Positions 1-8,422 of a stretch of 64,000 bases of DNA are shown here, one piece after another (position 1 is the first letter of the stretch; each line of letters starts with the position of its first letter). The notes beneath the pieces were generated by a model. It was not told the DNA's origin and searched no databases. It worked only from the letters and a program-made list of their open reading frames with translations. Source of the stretch: Desulfuromonadales bacterium. Its GTDB lineage: Bacteria; Desulfobacterota; Desulfuromonadia; Geobacterales; Pseudopelobacteraceae. Position numbers and translations under genes: made by a program. Where the stretch lies: assembly GCA_037129245.1 (NCBI GenBank), contig JBAXVE010000002.1:23441-87440 (forward strand), given 5' to 3'.

Positions 1-1
1 C

Positions 2-106
2 ATAGCTACGCCGCGGGTACTCGGCTCGTTCGCCCTGCTGGGATTATTTGCACTTGCACCGGCGCTGTATAAGACCTTCAGAAATCATAAGGGGGTAGAA
101 CACTGA
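2..106 (+). CDS. 3' end of an unidentified membrane protein gene (partial, runs off left edge)
   Basis: The frame is open from the window edge, reads ...IATPRVLGSFALLGLFALAPALYKTFRNHKGVEH and ends at TGA 104-106. It shows a hydrophobic helix plus a basic tail. The stop lies 2 nt before the next ATG. No family recognised. Confidence 0.3.
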   Translation: MATPRVLGSFALLGLFALAPALYKTFRNHKGVEH

Positions 107-108
107 TT

Positions 109-1068
109 ATGGTCACATCGTTCCAGGAGCGTTTGCAGGCGGTAAATCCGGAGTATGAGACATTTGACGGAGTGAGGACACTGCAGGTTAACCTTGGTAA
201 CCTCTGCAACCTGAACTGTACCCATTGCCATGTCAGCGCCTCTACCCGCGGCACAAAGGTGATGGGAACTGCCGTAATGGAGCAGATAGCCCGTTTTTTG
301 ACACGGCACCCGGGGCTTGTCCTCGACATCACCGGAGGGTGCCCGGAGATGAATCCGGATTTCCGCTTTCTCATCGAACGGAGCAGCGGTCGTGCCGTGC
401 GGCGCATGCTGCGCAGCAATCTTGCGATTATGGCTGAAAACGGCTGGGGCTGGCTACCCGAGTTCTGCAGAAACAATCAGCTCACCATTGTGGGGTCGCT
501 TCCCTGTTATCTGGAGGAGAATGTGGACCGGCAGCGAGGGAGCGGAGTTTATCAGCGTTGCATCCAGGTGTTGCAACGCCTCAACGCTCTCGGCTACGGA
601 ACAGAAATGGAGCTGAATCTGGTTTACAATCCGGGGGGGGATTTCGTCCCTGGTTTACAGACGGAGCTCGAGACGGCTTACAAATGTGCACTGTTTGATC
701 GACACGGAATCGTGTTCAACAACCTTTTCACGATCACCAATGCACCAATCGGTCGCTTCCGCGAGCAGCTCGAAGCCCGGGGGGCGTATCTGGACTATCT
801 GCGTCTTCTGGCGGAGCGCTTTAATTCCGAGACGGCTGGAACAATCATGTGCCGCACCCTGCTCAGTATTGACTGGCAAGGCAAAGTTTATAATTGTGAT
901 TTCAACCAGGCACTGGAAATGCCGGTCACTGCAGCAGACGGCAGGGAGATAACCATTGCGGAAATTGAAGGGGGTGACATGGCAGGAAAAAAAATCCGCC
1001 TCTCCCAGCATTGCTACTGCTGCACGGCGGGAGAGGGATCCAGTTGTACGGGAGCGTTGATTACGTAA
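109..1068 (+). CDS. radical SAM/Cys-rich domain protein (ArsS-like, TIGR04167-type)
   Basis: Has the CX3CX2C radical SAM motif (NLCNLNCTHCH) near the N-terminus. The C-terminal Cys cluster HCYCCTAGEGSSCTGAL is typical of the ArsS-like family. ATG start. Confidence 0.8.
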   Translation: MVTSFQERLQAVNPEYETFDGVRTLQVNLGNLCNLNCTHCHVSASTRGTKVMGTAVMEQIARFLTRHPGLVLDITGGCPEMNPDFRFLIERSSGRAVRRMLRSNLAIMAENGWGWLPEFCRNNQLTIVGSLPCYLEENVDRQRGSGVYQRCIQVLQRLNALGYGTEMELNLVYNPGGDFVPGLQTELETAYKCALFDRHGIVFNNLFTITNAPIGRFREQLEARGAYLDYLRLLAERFNSETAGTIMCRTLLSIDWQGKVYNCDFNQALEMPVTAADGREITIAEIEGGDMAGKKIRLSQHCYCCTAGEGSSCTGALIT

Positions 1069-1365
1069 CTACTTCGAAGGCTTGACAGCAATACGCTTAT
1101 GGCAGTCTCTGCAGGCCTGCGGGCCTTTCATCAGTTCATTGTGGCAATCCCTGCAGTGCTTGTGAGCCCACTCTTTCCCCAAATCAGCAATTTTACCCCC
1201 TTCTGCTTTTTCGTGACACTTGGTGCAATCCTTGAGGGTAAGCTGGTGGTTCTTGTGGGGAAAGCTGATGCTGTTCCTGGTTGTCGGCAACTCCATGACA
1301 TCGGCGGCAAGAGCGGCACCATCACATGCGAGGATCATAAACAGGACGAGAATAGTTGTTTTCAT
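1069..1365 (-). CDS. triheme cytochrome c7 (PpcA family), periplasmic
   Basis: Has a signal peptide (MKTTILVLFMILACDGAALA) and three CXXCH motifs (CTKCH, CRDCH, CRDCH). FPHKNHQ...CHEKAEGGKI...GKEWAH...CH...MKGPQACRDCHK aligns with my recollection of PpcA. The internal ATG at 1365 has a GGAG upstream, so the longer ORF start at 1452 is rejected. Confidence 0.9.
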   Translation of the reverse strand: MKTTILVLFMILACDGAALAADVMELPTTRNSISFPHKNHQLTLKDCTKCHEKAEGGKIADLGKEWAHKHCRDCHNELMKGPQACRDCHKRIAVKPSK

Positions 1366-1420
1366 TTCATATCTCCATGCGGGTGGTGATTTGTGGTACG
1401 TCCCTCGATGCCACAGGCGC

Positions 1421-1449
1421 ACTCTACTTTGCGAAAGGAAGTTCGTCAA
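1421..1449 (-). promoter_or_regulatory. candidate sigma-70 promoter for the cytochrome c7 gene
   Basis: The minus strand reads TTGACG-N17-TAGAGT about 55 nt upstream of ATG 1365. Confidence 0.35.
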
Positions 1450-1532
1450 CAAAGAACGTATATCGGGGAAGAATGAGCGGGAATACGTGCAACTTCAGTA
1501 CTGCGGGGATGGCTCAAACCTGTATGAGGATT

Positions 1533-1805
1533 TCACCCGGTAACCACCTTCAGAATCTTCTCTGCAACATCTCTACCGCTGATGTTGTAGGAGCCTTCGG
1601 CCAATTGTTTCTTGATGGAGGCCAACCGCTCAAGTCGCGCCGCATCCTCACCCTGCCGTGACGCCTCTTTAGAAATCTGAACACTAAAGGCACCTGACTC
1701 GACAGAGCCTTTCGGCTGTTCACCGCGCGGCGACCGTACTGCCTGCCTGGAGGAATCAGTATTCATGAGCGCCAGGTAATTAGAAACCCGATCTTCAACC
1801 TTCAT
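1533..1805 (-). CDS. flgM: anti-sigma-28 factor FlgM
   Basis: 90 aa. The C-terminal RLERLASIKKQLAEGSYNISGRDVAEKILK matches the FlgM signature (R..IK..I..G.Y.V....IA.K). ATG at 1805 is preceded by GGAGAG. Confidence 0.7.
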   Translation of the reverse strand: MKVEDRVSNYLALMNTDSSRQAVRSPRGEQPKGSVESGAFSVQISKEASRQGEDAARLERLASIKKQLAEGSYNISGRDVAEKILKVVTG

Positions 1806-1850
1806 TACGCTCTCCAGCGATACACGACGTTGAACTCCACATGGGGAACA

Positions 1851-1878
1851 CATCGGCTGAAGCGGAGAGAAACTTTAG
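1851..1878 (-). promoter_or_regulatory. candidate FliA (sigma-28) promoter upstream of flgM
   Basis: The minus strand reads cTAAAGTTT-N12-GCCGATG, versus consensus TAAAGTTT-N11-GCCGATAA. It sits about 45 nt upstream of ATG 1805. Confidence 0.45.
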
Positions 1879-2183
1879 CAAACCCCGAAATTACGACCAT
1901 TTTTCGCAAGCTGAAACGCTTTGAACGGTATTTACACAATGCCTTGTTTCGGGGGTTTTGAAGTTACAACAGGTTTACAATTACCAGCCACAACCGGTGG
2001 CCGTACTCGTTTTTAGTAAAAACATGATTGCAGCGAAATAGCAGACATTGTATAACAAAATCATGGCTGAAACCATAAGTGTACAAACCTTACATCGCGT
2101 TCAGTGCAGATTTTGTATAGTCGCTTATAAACTCTTTTCATGTAGCAAGCATAAGCTAAATTTGTATCCGGGAGCACCATACT

Positions 2184-3320
2184 ATGTCTTCAACTGCAAG
2201 CCTTGATGCGGCATTCCGTTCGCTCTTTGAGACGAATATGGGCATCCGTCCCGGTGAGCGGGTACTGGTGTTTAGCGACACCATCCGCCCCGATGAAAAA
2301 CAGTCGGACTCCGATCTTGATCGTCGCACCCGACTGCACGCAACCGCCCGGGCTGCAGCCGCATTTGCCGCACAGACGCACAGCTGCAGCGGTTTTGTCG
2401 ATTTCCCCTCCACTCCTGCTTCAGGGGCGGAGCCGCCACAGGAACTGTGGTGTGCAACCTTCGGCAAAGAAACCGTAGCGGCACTGGAAACAGCAGGGCT
2501 GTTGATGAAGCTGCTTGCCAAAGCAGCCTCACCAGGAGAAATTCAGGCTGCCAGGGAAATTGTACTGACGCGAAAAGACGCTGTTGCAGACGTTATTGTC
2601 GCCCTTTCCAACAACTCCACCAGCCACACCCGCTATCGCGCCCTGGCCTGTGCAGCCGGCTGCCGTTTCGCCAGTCTGCCCCATTTCGATCCCGATATGT
2701 TCCATACATCCATGACGGTTGACTGGAATGAGCTGGCGGCTCGTACTGCCCGGCTGGTGGCGGTCGTCAACGAGGCCGAATGGCTGCGGGTAACCACTCC
2801 CAACGGTACTGACATGATGATCTGCAAACAGGGGCGTCACGCAGAGGGGGATGACGGGCTGCTGACTGCTGACGGCAGTTTCGGCAACCTGCCAGCTGGT
2901 GAAGCCTATTTCGCACCGCTGGAAGGCAAAAGCCACGGTGTGATGATTATCGAGTGGGGGCCGACCCGCAAGCTTGACGAACCGCTTCGGCTGACCGTGG
3001 AAGATGGTCGGGTCGTCAACATCGAAGGGAGTGACCTTCATCGCGACCGACTGGAAGGGAAATTTACCGAGAGTGCCGCCTGTCGCAACATTGCCGAATT
3101 GGGCATCGGCACTAACGACAAGGCCAGCCGTCCCGACAACGTGCTGGAGGCTGAAAAAATTCTCGGTACGATACACATTGCTCTCGGTGACAACACCGGC
3201 TTTGGAGGTACGATCAGCGCTCCTTTTCACGAAGATTACGTTTTCTACCAGCCGACCTTGACCGCCATCACAACAAGTGGTGAAAATATCATCATCGACA
3301 CGGGAAAGCTGTTGGTCTGA
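2184..3320 (+). CDS. aminopeptidase, peptidase M29 (AmpS/PepS/aminopeptidase T) family
   Basis: The C-terminal block IAELGIGTNDKA...LEAEKILGTIHIALGDN...FHEDYVF fits the M29 metal-binding signatures. ATG with GGGAGC upstream. Confidence 0.7.
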   Translation: MSSTASLDAAFRSLFETNMGIRPGERVLVFSDTIRPDEKQSDSDLDRRTRLHATARAAAAFAAQTHSCSGFVDFPSTPASGAEPPQELWCATFGKETVAALETAGLLMKLLAKAASPGEIQAAREIVLTRKDAVADVIVALSNNSTSHTRYRALACAAGCRFASLPHFDPDMFHTSMTVDWNELAARTARLVAVVNEAEWLRVTTPNGTDMMICKQGRHAEGDDGLLTADGSFGNLPAGEAYFAPLEGKSHGVMIIEWGPTRKLDEPLRLTVEDGRVVNIEGSDLHRDRLEGKFTESAACRNIAELGIGTNDKASRPDNVLEAEKILGTIHIALGDNTGFGGTISAPFHEDYVFYQPTLTAITTSGENIIIDTGKLLV

Positions 3321-3459
3321 TGTCCCTGTATCCGGGCTGATGAGTCATGGAAAACCGGATTTATGGTTTGCCATTCATGGTGGATCAGGATATTATCCCG
3401 GCGTCTGAACCATGTGCTGATCGGAGTCATCCCAATTACCAGACCAAAGGAAATTTACC

Positions 3460-4062
3460 GTGGAAAAAACATTTCTGCATGTCGGCTGCGGTTCCAAGTA
3501 TAAAGATCGCACCACGCCAGCATTCAATTTACCGGAATGGCGTGAAGTGAGGCTGGACATCGACGAGAACGCTAAACCTGACATCATCGGGACAATGCTG
3601 GACATGTCTGCCGTTCAAACCGGCTCCGTCGATGCGGTTTTCTCAAGCCACAACATCGAACATCTCTATCCGCACGAAGTGCCGGTCGCCCTGGCCGAAT
3701 TCAGGCGGGTGCTGAAAAGTGACGGTTTTCTTGTCCTCTCCTGTCCGGACCTGCAGTCGGTCTGCGCCCTGATTAGCGAGGACAAACTCACTGAAGCGGC
3801 CTACACGGCGCCAGCCGGTCCAATTACACCGCTCGATATTTTATACGGTCATCGTTCGTCTCTGGCACAGGGCAACCTGTTCATGGCACACCGCTGCGGA
3901 TTTACCCAGAAAGTACTGCACGGGACACTGCAGGCGGCCGGTTTTACGAGCATTGCCGGGCGCCGCCGGGTCCACCCCAACTATGATCTCTGGGCGCTGG
4001 CCACCGTGGAACAGATGGACGAAGCTGCTTTGCGTGTTCTGGCGACAGCTCATTTTTCTTGA
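3460..4062 (+). CDS. class I SAM-dependent methyltransferase (Methyltransf_11-like)
   Basis: Has the SAM-binding motif I (LHVGCG) and post-I/II blocks (VDAVFSSHNIEHL, LKSDGFLVLSCPD). GTG start with AAAGGAAA upstream. Confidence 0.75.
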   Translation: MEKTFLHVGCGSKYKDRTTPAFNLPEWREVRLDIDENAKPDIIGTMLDMSAVQTGSVDAVFSSHNIEHLYPHEVPVALAEFRRVLKSDGFLVLSCPDLQSVCALISEDKLTEAAYTAPAGPITPLDILYGHRSSLAQGNLFMAHRCGFTQKVLHGTLQAAGFTSIAGRRRVHPNYDLWALATVEQMDEAALRVLATAHFS

Positions 4063-4083
4063 ACATTTCATTTCAATAAATCC

Positions 4084-6531
4084 ATGTCCTCCACAGCACT
4101 CTCAGCAGCTTCGTACTCCGCAAAACAAGCTCTGCACCTCGCCGAAACATTCCAGCAGACTGGCCGATTGAAGGAAGCCGAACGTTTGTATCGTGCCGTT
4201 CTTGAGCACGACCCGCATCAACAGGTTGCCAATGCCGGTCTGATGCAGGTTACGGTACAGATTAACAAAGCGTATGAGCAGTTGCCCCGCCTCAAGCTGG
4301 CCCTGCAGATGAACCCGGGAGTGGAGCTTCACTGGCTCAATTATGTCAGTGCACTGCTGCGGGCCGGCCAGAACGAGGCGGCGCGGCTGATACTGGCTGA
4401 TGCCATGAAGCGGGGGTTGCGCGGAGATACGGCTGATGCGCTGGAACAGTCACTGAAACCGAAATTGTCACACGATATACGGATAACTGAGCACGCAGAA
4501 AAGGCTAAGAAATCCAAGAAAAAAGGACGAGTATCCACACCGCTCACGGTAAGTCCCCAACCTCTCCCTGAAGACGTTACCGCCCTGTTTTTTCTTCTGA
4601 ATGCAGGGCGCGTTGCAGAGGCAGAGCTTCCCGCACGCCAGATGACGGAGCGTTTTCCGGACTACGGTGAGGGGTGGAAAATCCTGGGAACAATCTACAA
4701 TTCGCTGATGCGTGAAAGAGAAGCACTACTACCGCTGCAGAAAGCGGTCCGGCTCTTGCCGGCTGATGCTGAGACACATAATAATCTTGGAAGCATTCTA
4801 AACAATCTTGGCAGGCACAGTGAAGCCGAAACCAGTCTGCGCACTGCGGTTACGTTAAAGCCTGATTATGTGGAAGCCTATAATAATCTGGGGGTGGTTT
4901 TAAAGGCGCGCGGGAATCTGCACGAAGCGGAATCAAGTTTACGGCGGGCTTTGGAGCTCAAGCCGGATTACGCATTCGCTTACAATAATCTTGGCATCAC
5001 CCTTAAGGAGTTGCGGCGTAATGAAGAGGCGGTGGCTGCCTTACTCCGTGCCGTAGAGCTTACACCGGATTTTGCAGCGGCACACAACAATCTCGGTGCA
5101 GCCCTGCATGAATCCGATCGCCTTGAGGAATCAGCTGAAAGTTACCGCCGTGCCGTTGAACTTAATCCCGACTATGCCGAGGCACACAACAATCTTGGCA
5201 ATGCACTCAAGGAGTTGGGGCGCTTTGAGGAAGCGGAGGCCAGTTTGCGCCGTGCAGTGGCAATCAAGCCTGATTTTGCCGAAGCGCACAGTAATCTGTT
5301 ACTCACATTGAATTTTATGGCACACACCTTTGACATGGCGCACTTCAATGAAGCATGTCGATACGGAGAAACGGTGACGAGTCAGGTAGCGTCACGTTAC
5401 ACGGCCTGGCAATGCGAATCAAACCCGGAGCGGTTGCGTGTCGGAGTCGTTTCAGGCGATCTGCGGAATCACCCGGTCGGGCATTTTCTGGAGAGCGTGA
5501 TCGCTCACCTTGCCCCGTCACGGATTGAGCTGTTCGCGTATTCCACGTATCGGGTCGAGGATCAGCTTACATCACGGTTACAACCCTATTTCTCCGGCTG
5601 GAAATCGCTGTCAGGATGCGATGACGGTGCTGCTGCCCGCCTGATTCATGACGATGGCGTCCATATCCTGCTTGATCTCTCCGGTCATACGGCCAATAAC
5701 AGGTTGCCGCTGTTTGCCTGGAAGCCGGCACCGGTTCAGGCCAGTTGGCTTGGTTATTTTGCCAGCACCGGAATGCCGGAAATGGATTATCTCCTTGTGG
5801 ATGAAACAGGGGTTCCGCCGGGGCAGGAGGGGCGCTTTACTGAAAAAGCTGTATACCTGCCGGATACGCGACTCTGTTTTTCTCCCCCGCAGCACGTCCA
5901 GGAAATCACCGCGCTGCCTGCAATGTCATCCGGGTATGTGACGTTCGGCTGTTTTCAGAACATGCCCAAAATCAGCGACGGGGTAGTAAAGGTGTGGGGA
6001 GAAATTTTTCGTGCCCTGCCCACGGCCAGACTCCGGGTGCAGTGCAAACAGCTTGGCGGGAGCAATCTTGAAACCGAGGGACGATTTATTGAGCGATTGC
6101 AGCAGCAGGGTATTCAACCGGCACAGGTAACCTGTCACGGCACGGTGTCGCGCGAAGAATACCTGGCCTCTCATAGCGAGGTAGATGTGATCCTCGACAC
6201 GTTTCCCTATCCAGGAGGCACTACCACCTGCGAGGCGTTATGGATGGGAGTTCCGACACTGACCCTTGCCGGCGACACCCTGCTATCCCGGCAAGGTGCC
6301 AGCCTTATGACTGCGGCCGGATTGCCGGAATGGGTTGCGGCGAGTGAGGCAGAATACGTTGCAAAATCAATTGCCGTGGCACATGACCTGCCGGGACTGT
6401 CCGCCTTACGGATGGGGCTGCGGGACACAATGCTGAAGTCGCCTCTGTGTGATGCCCCACGTTTTGCCCGTAACCTTGAAGCTGCGCTGTGGCAGATGTG
6501 GTCCCGCCATGAGAAACGAAATGATGACTGA
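4084..6531 (+). CDS. TPR-repeat protein fused to a GT41 (SPINDLY/OGT-like, COG3914) glycosyltransferase domain
   Basis: Contains about 8 tandem TPRs with a recurring (A/E)YNNLG... motif. The C-terminal catalytic domain ends with DTFPYPGGTTTCEALWMGVPTLTLAGDTLLSRQGASL, characteristic of bacterial SPY-family transferases. Confidence 0.8.
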   Translation: MSSTALSAASYSAKQALHLAETFQQTGRLKEAERLYRAVLEHDPHQQVANAGLMQVTVQINKAYEQLPRLKLALQMNPGVELHWLNYVSALLRAGQNEAARLILADAMKRGLRGDTADALEQSLKPKLSHDIRITEHAEKAKKSKKKGRVSTPLTVSPQPLPEDVTALFFLLNAGRVAEAELPARQMTERFPDYGEGWKILGTIYNSLMREREALLPLQKAVRLLPADAETHNNLGSILNNLGRHSEAETSLRTAVTLKPDYVEAYNNLGVVLKARGNLHEAESSLRRALELKPDYAFAYNNLGITLKELRRNEEAVAALLRAVELTPDFAAAHNNLGAALHESDRLEESAESYRRAVELNPDYAEAHNNLGNALKELGRFEEAEASLRRAVAIKPDFAEAHSNLLLTLNFMAHTFDMAHFNEACRYGETVTSQVASRYTAWQCESNPERLRVGVVSGDLRNHPVGHFLESVIAHLAPSRIELFAYSTYRVEDQLTSRLQPYFSGWKSLSGCDDGAAARLIHDDGVHILLDLSGHTANNRLPLFAWKPAPVQASWLGYFASTGMPEMDYLLVDETGVPPGQEGRFTEKAVYLPDTRLCFSPPQHVQEITALPAMSSGYVTFGCFQNMPKISDGVVKVWGEIFRALPTARLRVQCKQLGGSNLETEGRFIERLQQQGIQPAQVTCHGTVSREEYLASHSEVDVILDTFPYPGGTTTCEALWMGVPTLTLAGDTLLSRQGASLMTAAGLPEWVAASEAEYVAKSIAVAHDLPGLSALRMGLRDTMLKSPLCDAPRFARNLEAALWQMWSRHEKRNDD

Positions 6532-6603
6532 TTTCCTCCCAGACCACCGTAATCCGTTTTCCTCTTCCCAACGAATCGCTGAAATCAGTTTGAGTTCGAA
6601 TCC

Positions 6604-8385
6604 ATGAACCCCGCATCTGCCGGCCCGGTTATCCGCCATGAACGGCGCAGTGGGCTGCGCCGCTGGATTCCCGGCATATCGTTGATCTCAAACTACAGCC
6701 GCTCTCTGCTGTTCCATGATCTAACCGCCGGCCTGGTGCTGACAGCACTGCTGGCGCCGGTTGGCATGGGGTACGCCGAGGCAGCTGGTCTTCCGGCCAT
6801 TTACGGACTTTACGCGACAATTCTACCGCTGCTTGCCTACATGGTGTTCGGCCCCAGCCGCATCCTGGTAATGGGGCCGGACTCGGCCCTTACCGCCCTG
6901 ATTGTCGCTTCAGTGGTGCCGCTGGCCCACGGCGATGCCCAGCGGGCGGCCACCCTGGCAGCGCTGCTGGCCATTGGTGGCGGATTGCTTTGTATCCTGG
7001 CCGGCGTTGCCCGCCTCGGTTTTATCACCGACCTGCTTTCCAAGCCGATCCGCTATGGCTACCTGAACGGTATTGCAGTAACACTGCTGGTCGGGCAACT
7101 GCCAAAAATGCTCGGTTTCAGCGTACCCGGCGGCAGTCTGGTCGATTCGGCCGACGGCCTGCTGCGCGGCATCACAGAGGGGAGGGTAAATGCGACGGCT
7201 GCCATCATCGGTTTCTGTTGTCTGGCGGTAATTGCAGCCAGCCGATTCCGGGCTCCCAAACTGCCCGGAGTGCTGCTGGCGGTGGTTGGAAGTACGCTGG
7301 CCGTATCGCTCTTTAATCTGGATGCCACGTACCAGCTGACGGTGGTTGGCGTTCTGCCACAGGGACTCCCTTCGTTCCATATTCCGTACGCCACTCTGGA
7401 TGAATGTGTCACGCTGATGGGGGGTGCGCTGGCGATTGCCCTGGTTTCCATTGCCGACATGAGTGTACTCTCCCGTATCTACGCGCTGCGGGGGGGGTAT
7501 TATGTGGACGAAAATCAGGAACTGGTCGCCCTCGGGATTGCCAACGTGGCCAGCGGTCTGTTTCAGGGTTTTTCGGTCAGCAGCAGCGCCTCGCGTACGC
7601 CGGTGGCCGAGTCGGCCGGCGCTAAAACCCAGGTAACCGGTGTGGTCGGTGCTGTTTGCATCGCCTTTCTGCTGCACTTCGCGCCCGGCCTGATGAAACA
7701 CCTGCCGGTGGCCGCTCTCGCCGCGGTAGTAATTTCGGTATGCTACAACCTGGTAGAAGTTGTGGAAGTCCGCCGTTTGTACGATCTGCGACGGGGAGAG
7801 TGCGTCCTGTCGATGATCTGCTTCCTGGCGGTTGCCTTGCTGGGGGTCGTCAACGGAATTTTTGTTGCGGTCGGCTGCGCTCTGCTGGGGTTTGTCTGGC
7901 GGGCCTGGCGGCCGTACTGCGCCGTGCTGGGGCGTGTAGACGGAGTTAAAGGGTATCATGACATCAGCCGCCACCCGGAAGCACGCAGAGTTCCCGGTCT
8001 GGTGCTCTTCCGCTGGGACGCTCCGCTCTTTTTTGCCAATGCGGAAATGTTCCGCGAGCGGGTACTTGAAGCGGTAGCTGCGTCGCCGACGCCGGCACAG
8101 TGCATCGTGGTGGCGGCCGAACCGGTCACCGATGTGGATATAACCGCTGCCGATGTGCTGGCGGAACTGGAAAAGGAACTGCTGCAGGCCGGCGTTGAAC
8201 TCTGTTTTGCCCAGATGAAAGGGCCGGTCAAAGATCATCTCAAACGCTACGGCCTGTTCCAGAAACTGGGTATCGAAAACTTTTTCCCTACCATCGGGCA
8301 GGCAGTTGATCACTATCTGCTACGGCATGCGGTTGTGTGGCACGATTGGGACGATGACCGGAATCATGAGGGAATCGGGGCTTGA
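6604..8385 (+). CDS. SulP family anion (sulfate/bicarbonate) permease with C-terminal STAS domain
   Basis: Has a multi-TM core with SulP-like blocks (AYAEAAGLPAIYGLYA, NQELVALGIANVASGLFQGF). The STAS-like tail reads LVLFRWDAPLFFANAE. Confidence 0.9.
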   Translation: MNPASAGPVIRHERRSGLRRWIPGISLISNYSRSLLFHDLTAGLVLTALLAPVGMGYAEAAGLPAIYGLYATILPLLAYMVFGPSRILVMGPDSALTALIVASVVPLAHGDAQRAATLAALLAIGGGLLCILAGVARLGFITDLLSKPIRYGYLNGIAVTLLVGQLPKMLGFSVPGGSLVDSADGLLRGITEGRVNATAAIIGFCCLAVIAASRFRAPKLPGVLLAVVGSTLAVSLFNLDATYQLTVVGVLPQGLPSFHIPYATLDECVTLMGGALAIALVSIADMSVLSRIYALRGGYYVDENQELVALGIANVASGLFQGFSVSSSASRTPVAESAGAKTQVTGVVGAVCIAFLLHFAPGLMKHLPVAALAAVVISVCYNLVEVVEVRRLYDLRRGECVLSMICFLAVALLGVVNGIFVAVGCALLGFVWRAWRPYCAVLGRVDGVKGYHDISRHPEARRVPGLVLFRWDAPLFFANAEMFRERVLEAVAASPTPAQCIVVAAEPVTDVDITAADVLAELEKELLQAGVELCFAQMKGPVKDHLKRYGLFQKLGIENFFPTIGQAVDHYLLRHAVVWHDWDDDRNHEGIGA

Positions 8386-8422
8386 GGGATTTTGACTGCG
8401 GCGTGTCGGGATAAGCAGGACT

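Noticed and set aside
1366-1452. N-terminal extensions of many track ORFs. Examples are starts at 1452, 1853, 10709, 11631, 25988, 27971, 29833, 30962, 34902, 35902, 42126, 42164, 43035, 47347 and 51155.
   Set aside because: In each case an internal ATG/GTG gives an N-terminus matching the family norm. That start usually has a Shine-Dalgarno sequence or a stop/start overlap with the upstream gene, and the extension has no recognisable features.
1366-1532. A c-di-GMP/cGAMP (GEMM-I) riboswitch upstream of the cytochrome c7 gene, as is common in Geobacter.
   Set aside because: Only a CGCAAAG heptamer is present. The GGCAAACC element, the paired GNRA hairpin and the receptor hairpin are absent. 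The region is better explained by a TTGACG-N17-TAGAGT promoter.
6910-8313. A 467-aa minus-strand ORF, the longest unassigned ORF in the track.
   Set aside because: It lies entirely antisense to the well-supported SulP permease. Its translation is Arg/Gly/Gln/His-rich with no motif I recognise and no plausible RBS. This is the typical shadow ORF seen in GC-rich DNA.
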